From contig CAIIXF020000001.1 in the NCBI GenBank assembly GCA_903813345.2, positions 32,984,001 to 33,048,000 of the forward strand: a stretch of 64,000 nt of DNA, read 5' to 3'. Made by a program: the position numbers and the translations under genes. Source of the stretch: Owenia fusiformis. Taxonomy: Eukaryota. Under the pieces are notes generated by a model that saw nothing but the letters and a program-made list of their open reading frames with translations, made no database searches and was not told where the DNA came from. This document shows positions 14,020 to 27,350 of this stretch, one piece after another. Each line of letters starts with the position of its first letter. The stretch's first letter is position 1.

Positions 14020-14921
14020 AAATGAAGGACCCACGGTCCTGTGCTCACACAGTTTGGAACCTTCAGAGGAATTTATATCCTGACTTTCAAACAAAAATAT
14101 TGATTTGGATTTGTAGTCTCGAACTTTGACAAACTTAGATAGCATAGTTGTGTGACCTAGTTTGATGACCTTTGACCTTGAAAATTTTACTTATTCAGAG
14201 CTCAGTAAGGTCTTTTGTGATTAAGCTGACCAAAATTTACATCCAAAAATCAATCTGAAAAATCAATCCTAAAATCCTAAAACTAATGTCAGATTTGAAC
14301 TCCTGGCAACTCGTAAATGATTTTCAAAAAAAAAATTTGGTCAAATTGAAGCAAGTTGAAAAATAACTTATTTTTACTGTTTTTTTACGTCAAATATCTC
14401 AAAAACGGTAAAAATTTGATGCTGACATATGTTGAGAAATATGTAGGGAATGCTTAAATCTATTAATGATGTAATTTATTGCAGGAAATGATCAAGTATA
14501 AGGCAAACTTTAAGAATCTTGTCAATCACAAAACCTGCCATTGACTTTATAATACATGAGAAAGTTTCCTGAAAATGACAAGTCCTACTTTTTTTCAAAT
14601 TTTATAGAGTAAACACCAAAAACCGTAATTCCAAGAGTTTTGAAATCTTCACAGGACATAAGTTGCATATACACCAACTACTTAAAGTTATTTGAAAGTT
14701 CTACTTCAACAAAGTGTCTAGTATTTACGCAATTTCTCGGAAACCGGGCGAACTTGGGAAATGGCGATGATAGGTCAAATAATATGGATATGCATAAAAT
14801 GAATGTGGATATGACTCAATCCGAATAGCAGTTTTAATTTGTGCCGGCCAATGTTGACGGACGGACGGACGGACGGACCAACGGACGCCTGGTCAATCCC
14901 ATAGGCTCACTGTGTGAGCCA
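14020..14921 (-). mobile_element. HINE family C, full length
   Basis: Palindrome GGACCCACGGTCC, subTIR GCTCACACAG / CTGTGTGAGC, hairpin GGCTCACTGTGTGAGCC, (GGAC)n. Confidence 0.75.
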
Positions 14922-16579
14922 ATAAATGAGTGATATATAAAACCAAGATGCTGTTATGATGGAATTGTCACTAGAAATTATACTCAGTGACCTCCCTAGG
15001 ATTTTTTCTCATGTGGGTGCAATTTTTTTTGTGCAAATATTCTTTCTGGTGTTGAATATATTACGCTTTCAATCAACATAAAATATTTGCATCAAATGCT
15101 GCATAATATGTATTTACTCTTCACTTATCAACATACAACTAGACAAGAATAGTATGGGCTAAAACGTAAAACTTATAATCTCAAATACATATATATTGAG
15201 TACTAGAATAATTTTTTAACTGCGCATGACGGAACTCAAACAATACAAGTACGTTATAGGTTTATATAAAGATGTCAGGTCGATCGTTCAGAATAAAAAT
15301 GAATTATGCACATAAATAATAAATAGATTTTCTAACGTTTGAGTGTAACGAATCAGTTTGAAAATTACTTTAAGTATTACGGAAGGCGAAATGTTTATTG
15401 CGTAGCATTTTTATTAGGGTGATCGTAGGTGGTAAGTGAGTAGGGTATTCATGCTTGGAGTATTTCATTTGGACATGTGAATTATGTATGTAATGTAAGG
15501 TCATTCTCGGTTTACACGCAAGTGAGGTATGACAAGGTTACACAGGCAAATGTTTTTAAGATATTTCATATTTGTTAAATTTTTCAAAATACCAAACATT
15601 GCATTGTTAAGAACAGGTGTATCATTTATCGAAGTCCTCGTATGTAACTCTGCTTCATTTCGGATCACGGGGCCGACTTTAAGTCGAGTACCTCCTCCCT
15701 CCTTAAAAAGGGGGTTAAGGTTGGGTCACCGGAAGTTGAGAGATTTTCGATTTCACCTCGTTTACTTCATGTAAGAATAACATTTGTTTTATTAATATTA
15801 ATTGCATGTTACGAGCTTACCGTAAGTTCAGGAATGATAATAGCTTACCAATCATTTTAGAGTAAATGTAAGGCTGCCTCGCCTGTTATTAAGGGTATTT
15901 ACACAGTAAATAAAAAACATTTAGATATTATGTTAGAACTGATTTGAAAAAGTACACTAACGCTGTCTGTCAGCTTGGCTACTACGCCTTTACTTGTTGC
16001 TCAGAGCAAATATCGAGATTCACAAGTTTTCATAGAGTGTAACGCTGTCGGTCAGCTAGGCTACTACGCCTTTACGTATTGCTCAGATATGATTATTATG
16101 ATTTACAGATTTAGAGTTTAACGCTGTCGGCCAGCCTGACTGCCGAGCAAAGCGAATATTACAGAATTTGATATTGACATTGTTCATGTACGATGCTGTC
16201 GGTCAGCAAAAAATGTTGCTCAGAGTAACATTCAGATGTTGAGATTTGTGATATGGAACGGGATGTATAGTTGCTTGATGTAAATGGACTGATGAATAAA
16301 TGTCATACTCGCCCACAAGGCCATTACTATTTGAAAGTTAATTTGGTAGTTGTGTTCTATGTTTTTTGGTAAACGTGGAGTTTAGTTTACTTAATATTTA
16401 AATACATGGATATATGCAATAAAATCACTTAACTGCCATCGATGTTTTGATACGTGAAAAGTACGGAAGATTTAAGTGTTGATGTTCGTATTTTATTTAG
16501 AGAATTGATTGTATCGTCAATCACTGGTAATAGCTAAATAAATCACAATTTACAAATTTATCTTTATGAAAAGAATACG

Positions 16580-17068
16580 AACTAGAAAAACAGCAACTCC
16601 TTGGAGTAGCAAATCCCACCAAACAAAACATATTATGCTTATTATAGCTAGTATAAATGTTGAAATGTTTGTGTACTTTGTGATAGAAGCATGACATTTG
16701 GCACAAAGTTAGTTTATACCATTGTGAACTAGGCATCATCATATAAAATTTGAACCAAATCCATTCACTGGTATATGAGTTATCAAAGATTACGTTTTTT
16801 AGGAAAATTGGCCGCCATCTTGAAATTCAGCTGCCATCTTGAAAATTATTTCTTGAACAGAGCTACTGTGTCCCTAGGCATAATCATATAAAATTTCAAC
16901 CAAATCTGTTCACTGGTATTTGAGTTATCAAAGATTACTTTTTTTACGAAAAATTGCCACCATTTTGAAATTAAGCGGCCATCTTGAAAAAATTTTGTCG
17001 AACATAGCTACGGACGGACGAATGGACGGCTTCTCTATATCCCCCTCGAACTTCGTTCGGTGGGATAA
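16580..17068 (-). mobile_element. HINE family B, short copy
   Basis: AACTAGAAAAACAGCAACTCC...AATCCCACC start and CGAACTTCGTTCGGTGGGATAA end, as at 34214-35549. Confidence 0.7.
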
Positions 17069-17745
17069 ATATCTGTGTTACAGTGTAAAGTAAGTTCAGA
17101 AGCATTTGGTGCAAATATTTATTTAAACAGTTCACGTTTAACTACAGACAAGAAAGTTGTTCATATTTGTATAGCAGCCCATGTCAATCAACCACACAAA
17201 TTCCAACCCTCTTTGCCATATATGGACTTTTTAATGTCCTTTCATATTGTTTTAACTTATTTTAAATTCAAAATAAAGATTTTAAAAATTTGATTTTTTT
17301 CTACTTTAAAAGGTCATAGAAGGTCAACTGTAAGTCAGATCTCAATTTCCTATTACTGTACATACCAATTTTGATACTATGAAATTTGCCCTATTTTGGA
17401 GATAATTTCTCAAAATTGCTATAATTTTCATTGAGACATAGAGTGACGGAATTGTTGGGAATACTAAAGGAAATTAGAAACAAGGCAATAACATGACAAA
17501 ATGTCACCACCTAGCTAGTTGCTCCTAATATTAAGAGTTCAATCTTAAGTCAGAATTGAATTGCTGAGAACTTGTAGATGAATTTGAAAAAATAAATTGG
17601 TCAATTTGAAGCAAGTTGAAAAAGACCTTTTTTGACCCTGAGAAGGTCATTGAAGGTGAACTCACTAATTTCAAGTCAGATTTGAACTTCTGAGAACATG
17701 TAGATGATTTTGAAAAGAAAAATTGATCAATTTGAAGCAAGGTGA

Positions 17746-19347
17746 AATAAAGGACCCACGGTCCTGTGCTCACACAGTTTGGAACCTTCATAGGAATATA
17801 TATCCTGACTTGCAAACAAAAATATTGATTTGGATTTGTAGTCTCGAACTTCGAGAAACTTAGATAGCACAGTTGTGTGACCTAGTTTGATGACCTTTGA
17901 CCTTGAAAATTTTACTTATTCAGAGCTCAGTAAAGTCTTTTGTGATTAAGCTGACCAAAATTTACATCCAAAAATCAACTTTTTTTACCTTTCGAAAGTC
18001 ACTGAAGGTCAAGTAAAGGTCAAATCCTAAAACTAATGTCAGATTTGAACTCCTGGCAACTTGTAGATGATTTTCAAAAAGGTCAAATTGAAAATAACTT
18101 ATTTTTACTGTTTTTTGACGTCAAATATCTCAAAAACTGTAAAAATTTGATGCTGACATATATTGAGCAATATGTAGGGAATGCTTAAAGCTAGTAATGA
18201 TGTAATTTATTGCAAGAAATGATAAGTATAAGGCAAACTTTGAGAAACTTGTCAATCAGAAAACCTTTATACATGAGAAAATTTCCTGAAAAGTCCTACT
18301 TTTTGTCAACACCAAAAACTTTAATTCCAAGGGCTTTGAAATCTTCAGAGGACATAAGTTCCATATACAGCAACTACTACAAGTTATTTGAAAGTTCTAT
18401 TTCAACAAAGTGTAGTATTTACAGAAAATTTGACTTTTTGACGTCAAAATCAGCAAATTCTCGGAAACCGGGCGAACTTGGGAAATGGCGATGAAAGGTC
18501 AAATAGGCATCATGGATATGCAGAGGTTTCATTAACGGCGTTCTTCAATGGAGAGGACGTAAATCAAGATTGGGTGGACGTAAATTAAAAACATAATTAC
18601 GTTTTTGGGAAGCAATTTGAATTTCGTAAATCACTTCGTGAATCCACTTACCTTCAGTCAAATAAAATTTTCTTTCGAAGTTTCCTTCCCGGAAGTTGAT
18701 TTCTGATCGAAATAGTACGAGGCATGTGATAGGACAAATAGTTATCCAATACTCGATATCGGAGCAGTAATCAGTACGAGTCTTACGATTGGCTGCGAGC
18801 TGAGAACCCGATTTAAATCATTTTCTATTGGTCAAGTGTGATCAAAAGATCATTATTTAAGAATGCGCATGCGCAAGAAGCTGAACCAAAAAATTGAACC
18901 TCGCGCAGATTGCCACTTATCTAAAGCAAAATCAGTCGCTAATTGCTTTGAAATACGCAAAGAAAATGTGTTTCTAATGGTTGAATATAAGTTATACCTC
19001 ACAAGTGATGGTATCTGTATCATTCAATGACATACTTGACTCGCAAGAACACTGATTTAGACCGACAAATAGCAAAAGCGATTCAAAATTTCATCAATTT
19101 TATTTCGGTCAGTGTAAAAGCGTGACTTTGAATTCCCGGGAACATTTTTTTGAGGGGTGACGCATTTTTTGAAAATCGTTACGTCCCAGGGACGCAATCT
19201 TGGACAAACCTACTGAAAACACTGGATATGCATAAAATGAATGTGGATATGACTCAATCTGAATAGCAGTTTTAATTTGTGAGGCCAATGTTGACGGTCG
19301 GATGGACAGATACCTGGTCAATCCCATAGGCTCACTGTGTGAGCCAA
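17746..19347 (-). mobile_element. HINE family C inserted into an A-run of the family D satellite
   Basis: Removing it rejoins the family D unit (TGAAA...AAGACCTTTTTG); no TSD. Confidence 0.75.
18521..19224. mobile_element. CAG...CTG MITE (hAT-like), 6-bp TSD
   Basis: Imperfect TIR CAGAGGTTTC / GAAAACACTG; TSD GATATG; empty site GGATATGCATAAAATG in the family C copy at ~14786. Confidence 0.8.
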
Positions 19348-19670
19348 AAAGACCTTTTTGACCCTTTTTTACCTTGAGAAGGTCATTGAAGCTCAGATCT
19401 AAAGTCAGATTTGAACTTCTGATAACTTGTAGATGATTTTGAAAAAAGGTCAATTTGAGCTTTTTTACCTTGAGAAGGTCATTGCAGGTCAAATCTTAAA
19501 TATAAAGTCAGATTTGAACTTCTGAATACTTGTACATGATTTTGAAAAAAATTGAAGTCAGTTTTATCACTTTTTGTTAAGTTATTGGAAGTTGTTAGAA
19601 TTTGTTACAGACGCCAACCACCACCTGCTGCCTCAAAAAAGAGACCATAACAATATATCACCACTTTTTG

Positions 19671-19918
19671 CATCCTCCTAAGCAGGTAACCAGAATCCGT
19701 ACCTCCTTCTTCCCCCTGCTATAACCAATTTGGAAGCGCCCGATTAAACTGAATCATGTGATCTAATTAGGCGCAATGACTTATACATGATTTCTGTCGC
19801 AGTGTTGCGACAGCCAATCACATTGCGAGTTCTTAATCGGGGAAATGCTAACTGCTTATAGCAGGGTGTAAAAAGAAAGAAGATATTCTGTATTTTGAAG
19901 CCCTGTGTTCGGAGGATG
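19671..19918. mobile_element. MULE-like MITE, 9-bp TSD
   Basis: TIR CATCCTCC / GGAGGATG; TSD CACTTTTTG; empty site visible at ~22205 and ~22255. Confidence 0.85.
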
Positions 19919-20198
19919 CACTTTTTGGTGGTGACATAAAATTGGATATAATTTTTTTGCCAATTTTTTGTAACAGAATTATTTCATGAAACTACTGTTT
20001 ACAGTGATGTGGTTTTTATAAAGCAAGACACCTGAAATTGTTTATAAAAGTACCAAATGGTCCAAAAATTTCGCGAGACAAAAATGTTTTTTTTAACTAG
20101 GAGGCATAGGGGGTTTCTGTATTGATGTTGAACAAAAATAATTTAAAAGGGGAATCCTATTGACAGAGGTTTTTAAACATGCCACAATTGTTGACCAT

Positions 20199-20474
<276 letters not shown>

Positions 20475-20534
20475 GTGAGTGATTGCAATTGCTCACCATG
20501 TGAGCTAGAAATATTACACTATATAAGCACTTAC

Positions 20535-20675
20535 TGATCAATCCAAGTCTTGCCCAGTTGACACCAGATGCCCCCTTGGCAACAAGTGCAAATCCGATAG
20601 TGGCGCCTACTATACTATGTGTACCTGACACTGGAAGACGGAGTACTGTTGCAGCTATCAGCCAAACACAGGAAC
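20535..20675 (-). CDS. SLC20A: Sodium-dependent phosphate transporter PiT (SLC20A1/2-like), third coding exon
   Basis: (G)SCVWLIAATVLRLPVSGTHSIVGATIGFALVAKGASGVNWARLGLI carries the PiT LPxSxTH motif; tttag acceptor and gtaagt donor; phase 1 to phase 1. Confidence 0.95.
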
Positions 20676-20936
20676 CTAAAATATTCATAGATTCACAAAA
20701 TTAATTTACAGTTTACAATCAAAATACTGTGATATAGATACTAGAGGTGTAACTCGTCAGAAAAATCCAACTCGAATTCAACTTACCAAATGTTCCCAAA
20801 ACTTGAGGAACTTTTAGCAGCAATTTCTCTGGTTTGATCACAATAAAAGGCTGTTTATAAACACCTCGAGGCCATAAGAAAGCCTTGTATTTGGTGCAGT
20901 CATCTCATATTTTTTCAATTAAAAACAATCTCAATC

Positions 20937-22281
20937 AACAAGGCATTAACATGACAAAATGTCACCACCTAAAACAATTTGGTCAATTTAAAGCAAGTTG
21001 GAAAATATCTTTTGACCTAAGAAGAACTTCTGAGAACATGTGGATGATTTTGAAAAAAAATTAGTCTATTTGAAGCAAGTTGAAAAAGACCTTTTTGACC
21101 TTGAGAAGGTCATTGAAGGTCAAAGGTCAAATCTAAAGTCAGATTTGAACTTCTGAGAACTTGTAAAGTCAAATTTGAACTTCTGAAAAGATGTAGATGA
21201 TTTTGAAAAAAAAATTAGGTCAATTTGAAGCAAGTTGAAAACATACCTTTTTTGACCTTGAAAAGGTCATTAAAGGTCAAATGTCAAATCTAAAGTCAGA
21301 TTTGAATTTCTGAGAACATGTAGATGATTTTGAAAAAAAAATTTAGTCAATTTGAAGCAAGATGAAAAAATACCTTTTTGACCTTTTTTGACATTGAGAA
21401 GGTCATTGAAGGTCAAATGTCAAATCTAAAGTCAGATTTTAATTTCTGAGAACATGTAGATGATTTTGAAAAAAAAATTTAGTCAATTTGAAGCAAGTTG
21501 AAAAAAGACCTTTTTGACCTTTTTTGACTTTGAGAAGGTCATTGAAGGTCAAATGTCAAATCTTAAGTCAAATCTAAAGTCAGATTTGAATTTCTGAGAA
21601 CATGTAGATGATTTTGAAAATTTTTTTTATTCAATTTGAAGCAAGTTGAAAATAGACCTTTTTGACCTTTTTTGACATTGAGAAGGTCATTGAAGGTCAA
21701 ATGTCAAATCTTAAGTCAAATCTTAAGTCAGATTTGAATTTCTGAGAACACGTAGATGATTTTGAAAAAAAAATTTAGTCAATTTGAAACAAGTTGAAAA
21801 CAGACCTTTTTGACCTTTTTTGACCTTGAGAAGGTCATTGAAGGTCAAATGTCAAATCTAAAGTCAGATTTGAAGGTCAAATGTCAAATCTAAAGTCAAA
21901 TCTAAAGTCAGATTTGAATTTCTGAGAACATGTAGATGATTTTGAAAAAAAATTTAGTCAATGTGAAGCAAGTTGAAAAAAGACCTTTTTGACCTTGAGA
22001 AGGTCATTGAAGGTCAAATGTCAAATCTAAAGTCAGATTTGAACTTCTGAGAGCATGTAGATGATTTAGAAAAAAATTGAAGTCATTCTAAACAGTATTT
22101 GTTAAGTTATAGGAAGTTATAAGAAATTGTTACAGACGCCGGACGCCAGACGCCGGACGCCAACCACCAACCGCCGTCGCAAAAAAACGGAGACCATAAC
22201 AATATGTCACCACTTTTGGTGGTGACATAAAAAAAACGGAGACCATAACAATATGTCACCACTTTTGGTGGTGACATAAAA
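20937..22281 (-). mobile_element. HINE family D with ~120-140-bp satellite array and a duplicated terminal hairpin
   Basis: Units contain GAAGGTCAAATGTCAAATCTAAAGTCAGATTTG; GACGCCG microsatellite; ATGTCACCACTTTTGGTGGTGACAT occurs twice. Confidence 0.75.
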
Positions 22282-22773
22282 ACTATCTGGTAAAAACTTA
22301 GCCGAGCATACAGTAATGATCGCTAAAATGAGCTAAGAATCTAACTAAACAACATATTATACAAGATATACTTGCTCATGACTGTCTAACTTTCAGCAAC
22401 CAGATGTTACTTTTAACATGTACAGATAAAATATTTGCATACAAATCAATCTCTTTCTTGGTAAAAATGATGAAAATAACAATTTCCTCTGATGGAAGTA
22501 AATCCATTTTGTTATAAGGACGTAACTGACGTAAAAATTTGAGGGACAAAAAATCGAAAAAATACTACAGCACTGGTTTTAACATTGTGAGCACAAAAAT
22601 CACAGAAATGTTAGATGAACAAAAAATTACAAAATAGTATAAAATTGTAAAATGTTGCACAAAAAGTTACAAAATTGTAGAATGTTGCACAAAAAGAACA
22701 AAACTGTTAAATGTTGCACAAAAAAGAACAAAATCATCTATACAAAATCATGAGAAAAGTAATGCTGCTGTAC

Positions 22774-22875
22774 CTGTTAGTGCTGACACCTGGCCCACCA
22801 TCAGCAGTTCTGTTTGGTTACGATACAGTTCTACATCAATGATGCCTTTACGTATAGTATCGGATACTCGATATC
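22774..22875 (-). CDS. SLC20A: Sodium-dependent phosphate transporter PiT, second coding exon
   Basis: (G)YRVSDTIRKGIIDVELYRNQTELLMVGQVSALT(G) matches the PiT VSxTIRKGxID segment; ttttattcctttcag acceptor and gtacag donor; 102 bp, phase 1 to 1. Confidence 0.95.
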
Positions 22876-22934
22876 CTGAAAGGAATAAAATGAAATCATT
22901 ATAACCACTACATAAATTGAGATTATAAAATGAC

Positions 22935-23167
22935 TTTGACTTTTTGATGTCAAAATCCGCAATTTCTCGGAAACCGGGTAAACTTGGGAAATGGCGATGA
23001 TATGTCAAATAGGCATTATGGATATACATAAAATGAATGTGGATATGACTCAATCCAAATAGCAGTTTTAATTTGTGCGGCCAATGTTGACAGACGGACG
23101 GACCAACGGACGGACGGACCAACGGACGGACGCCTGGTCGATCCCATAGGCTCACCGTGTGAGCCAA
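22935..23167 (-). mobile_element. HINE family C fragment (5' end)
   Basis: (GGAC)n tract plus GGCTCACCGTGTGAGCC hairpin. Confidence 0.7.
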
Positions 23168-25409
23168 AAATCGCACACACATAAATGCTGGCCAAATTTG
23201 TAAAATAGCCACCTACTACCCAAAATGTCATTAGACAGTATACAATCCTTACGAGTATTCACATATCAAATATGAACATGCTCTATTACTTTTTGAATTA
23301 TAATAAAAATTATAAAATAACACACATAAAAATGGTGGCCATTTTTCCAAATGGCCGACTACTCCCCAACATTTTATTAGACAATGTGCCATGCTTAAAG
23401 TATTCATATATCAGAGGTGGCGTTAACGCAATTTTTTACGTTTTTTTACTCACATTTTTGCAAATCTGACGCAAATATTCATTGTCTACAGAGTCTTTCT
23501 GACGCACGTTTGTTTCACATGCAAAATCCCCGCTTGGTACTTGGTTAAATTGATCCCTATACGTGAAAATACGTGATTGATCAAATTTTTAATTTTGCTA
23601 ATTCCGGAAATCTAACATTTCGTTCAGCGCAATCGAGCCTCCTTCCTCTACCGATCATTTTCTCATTTCGGTATTTCATATAATTTTTAAAGCCCTGTGT
23701 TCAGATTCAATGATAAACTTGAAAACATTGATCGATCCCTCGATTCGTTTATCTCGTGAAGCACGTTGCTCTAGGGGGCGTATCAAAAATGCAATAAAAC
23801 GAACATAACATTGAACAATAATTTATTAATTTCATACTCCCTTCTAAGGATTTTAGTGATCGTATATTTATCTAAATTACCGTATAAAATCTTCCCTTGA
23901 ATGTTCACACACTAGATTTACGAACCTTTAGTTTCCTTCGCAAGTTCGCAAAATTCCTTCGTTAAGTTAGCAAGTTTCCTTGAGCCATCCCCTTCATCAG
24001 CATGCGCAGATGTAATGCGCAGTAGGTTTATCAATGATGCTCACAGTGACCGATCTATCGTAAGTTTTCACCAAGTATTTTCAATTAACTCCCTCAAGTT
24101 AAGATCTTCGATTCACTAGATCTGAAGCTGATCCTATGAAGATAGGTAATGGGCACATGAAAATCCAGTCGATCGCACATTAAGGGGGGTAATAATGATG
24201 ATAAATTAGGTATGAGAACAAATCTACTTTCGGTTTCATTTGATCAGCTATAATTACCGTATTCAATTTAAATGATGCCCAGTATTGTGGTCGGTCTTAT
24301 ATTGCCGTTTTAGACTTTGGAATGATTGCAAAAATGTTGAATTTCAACATGAAACGCTTTGACCCCAATTTGTGTAACTCCACACAGGGAGAAACTCCTC
24401 TCCCACTCCATTCACACCCATGACTCGCTGGACCAGATAATCAGATGATTAATAGTGACATTTTTCTTGCAATTGCCTAATTAATTAATTGTTAGTTGTT
24501 ATGTGCTAAAAGAGTACAATAAAAGGTATGCACAAAATCAAAAAATAGATTTTGTATGTGGTTTCTACATTTTGTATGCATTTTTACTCAAGAAAAACAC
24601 TTTTATAGCTTTGACTCAAGTTTTTTTCTTGTGACTCACTTTTTTGAAACTACCTGAGTCATGATGACTCACAAAAATATATGCCTTAACCGCCACCGCT
24701 GATATATCCAATATGAACAAAATCGCTCCAATACTTTGAGTTTTAGTAAAAATGTAAAAATGACAGCCATTTTTTAAAATGGCCACCTACTACTCGAAGT
24801 GTCATGAGACAGTGTGCAAGGCTCATCAGTATTCACATATCAAATATGAACAAAATCGCTCCACTACTTTTCAAGTTATAGTAAAAAATGTAAAATAACA
24901 CATGTGTAAATATGGCCCGCCTACTACCCAAAATGTCATTAGACATTGGCCCATGCTTTAAGTATTCACATATTAAAATATGAAAAAATCGATCCACTAC
25001 TTTTTGACTTACAGTAAAAAATGTAAAATGACGTGCAAAGGTAGCCATTTTTCAAGATGGCTGCCATGTATTTCTTCTTCTTTTACATTCTAGCTTAAAC
25101 AATGTCCTATATAACTTTTATACATTTAAAACATATTGCTATAATTACAGTTTTATATGCAGTACCTAAATTACTGATAAATTGGCACTAAAATGGCGGC
25201 CATTTTGAAAATCAGCTTTCGAGCAGAACTTCTACCCCCATAGGGTATATGTGTACAAAATATGAACAAAATCGGGCCAACAGTATTTGAGTTATCGCCC
25301 GGACGTACATACATACGGACGTACGTACGTACAGACATACGTACGAACGGACGGACGGTCGGAAGGAGGCGTTCCCTATATCCCTCCGAACTTTGTTCGA
25401 TGGGATAAT
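23168..25409 (-). mobile_element. HINE family A, truncated, with nested MITE
   Basis: ~120-bp array and ...CCGAACTTTGTTCGATGGGATAAT end. Confidence 0.7.
23412..24701. mobile_element. CAG...CTG MITE (hAT-like), 6-bp TSD
   Basis: TIR CAGAGGTGGCG / CGCCACCGCTG; TSD ATATAT; splits a family A satellite unit. Confidence 0.85.
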
Positions 25410-25599
25410 TAATAATATGAATATAAAAGGTATATCCAATCAAACACTTCAACTACCATTTTGATATACTAATCAATCTAATCTGTGCTAGTGATTCCTG
25501 GAGTGAGCCTTTTGGTGCATAATAAGCTCTCTCACAAGTATTTGTACAGGGTGTTTCATGATGTTCATCTCCAAAGATAGACTTATAATGTATATCTCA

Positions 25600-27350
25600 C
25601 ATAAGAATTCCTATTTCATTCTAGACCAAGAGATTTTCATACTAAGAACCACCCCTGAAAATTTGAAATTGATCCGTCACACAGTTAACCAGAACACATG
25701 TAAACAAGACTTTACAGACAAGATTTCAGGATGGAAAATCCAAAATGGCTGCCTTGACATTTACCCAGAATGTCAAAAAACTAATCTGTTTGTAGATTTT
25801 CATACTAAGAATCATTCCTGAAAATATGAAATTGATCTACCAAACGGTTCACCTGAAAACGGGTAGACAAGACTTTACAGCAGTGTGGCAAATAAGAGGT
25901 CGCCAAACGACAAAAACAGGGAGTGAAAAAAATTTGGCGATAGATGTTGCGATCTACCTCGACAATTTTGGCAATGGATGTAATCTAACTTCACAGGTTT
26001 TATCCCCGACATTTGCTTGGTCTTCTCACAAAAAATCATCGCAAAACAATGTCTAGATCTATCAAAATATTAGCGAACCAATACGAATTAAAATATTCCT
26101 TTTTACACACGAAACCAAATTATAGAACCGCTGCTCTAATTGGCCGAAATACTAAGAATGAAGCGATGTCTACCAATCAAAACCATCTTTACATCAATGC
26201 TACGATCCCTTTATTTGTTTATCTGGCGAAGCACGTGGCTAGGGGGTGAATCAAAAATGCAACAAAACAAAACTCAGTTCGAACAAGACATAAGGTCATA
26301 CTGCATTCTAATAGCATTAGCGATCTTTTTTTTTTTATCTTAAATTAACTCCTAAAACCCTGCCTTGATTGCTCAACCACTGGGTTTATCAAGATCAGTT
26401 CCCGGATTAGTTATCTCTCTCCGTATTACTAGAAAGAGTTCACACGGAGCTTACATTGAGACGGCCCCTAATTTCTTTTGAGATGCGCAGACGCACTGGG
26501 CAGTAGGTCTATCAATGCCGTTCACAGTGACCTCGTCTATCAGAGTTCTCGCTGGGTATTTTTAATTATCAAGTAGAGAGATTAAATACACTAGATTTGA
26601 AGTTGATCCTATGAAGATAGATACCTGGCACATTAAGAACCAGTCCATCGCATATTTAAAGGTGGTTACAATGATAAACTGGATATGGAAACAAATCCAC
26701 TTTTGAGAATAATGAATATTCTTTCCTTTATTTTTACAGTCAAAATTAGGTGAACACAAAATTAACTCGACAAAATAATGGCAGGACAGAAATTTTTTTG
26801 GCCAGAGTGTTTTTAATGTCTCTGGACAAATTTGGCTACAGCGAAAAAATCCTTATTTGCCAGACTGTACAGACAAGATTTTAGGACAGAAAATCCAAAA
26901 TGGCTGCCTTAACATTTACGCAGAATACAAAAAAACTAATCAGATGTAGATTTTCATGCTAAGAATCATCCCTGAAAATTTGAAATTGATCTATCGAACA
27001 GTTCACCTAAAAACGCGTAGACAAGACTTTAGAGGCAAGACTTTAAGACGGAAAATCCAAAATGGCTGCCTTGACATTTACCCAGAATGCCAAAAAACTA
27101 ATGAGATCTAGATTTTTATACTAAGAATCATTCCTGAAAATTTGAAATTGATCCACCAAACGGTTCACCTGCAAACGCGCAGACAAGACTTCACAGACAA
27201 GATTTTTGGACCAAAAAATCCAAAATGGCCGACAATAAAAAAGTCCTTCTGAGTTTTTGCTGATTTCTTTTTACAAAATTATCACATATAACTACTGTTA
27301 ACAATAAAGTAGGCTTTTACAACAAAGTACATCTGAAATTATTTATAAAG
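25600..27350 (-). repeat. ~162-bp satellite array (family E2 HINE body)
   Basis: Reverse complement of the array and flank at 59600-60870. Confidence 0.75.
25881..26867. mobile_element. CAG...CTG MITE (hAT-like), 5-bp TSD
   Basis: TIR CAGTGTGGCAAATAAG / CTTATTTGCCAGACTG; TSD TACAG; removal restores GACTTTACAGACAAGATT. Confidence 0.85.

Larger units (their letters stand above)
17479..19940 (-). mobile_element. HINE family D hosting nested insertions
   Basis: Same ends as 20937-22281 (AACAAGGCA..AACATGACAAAATGTCACCACC and GGTGGTGACATAAA). Confidence 0.7.
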
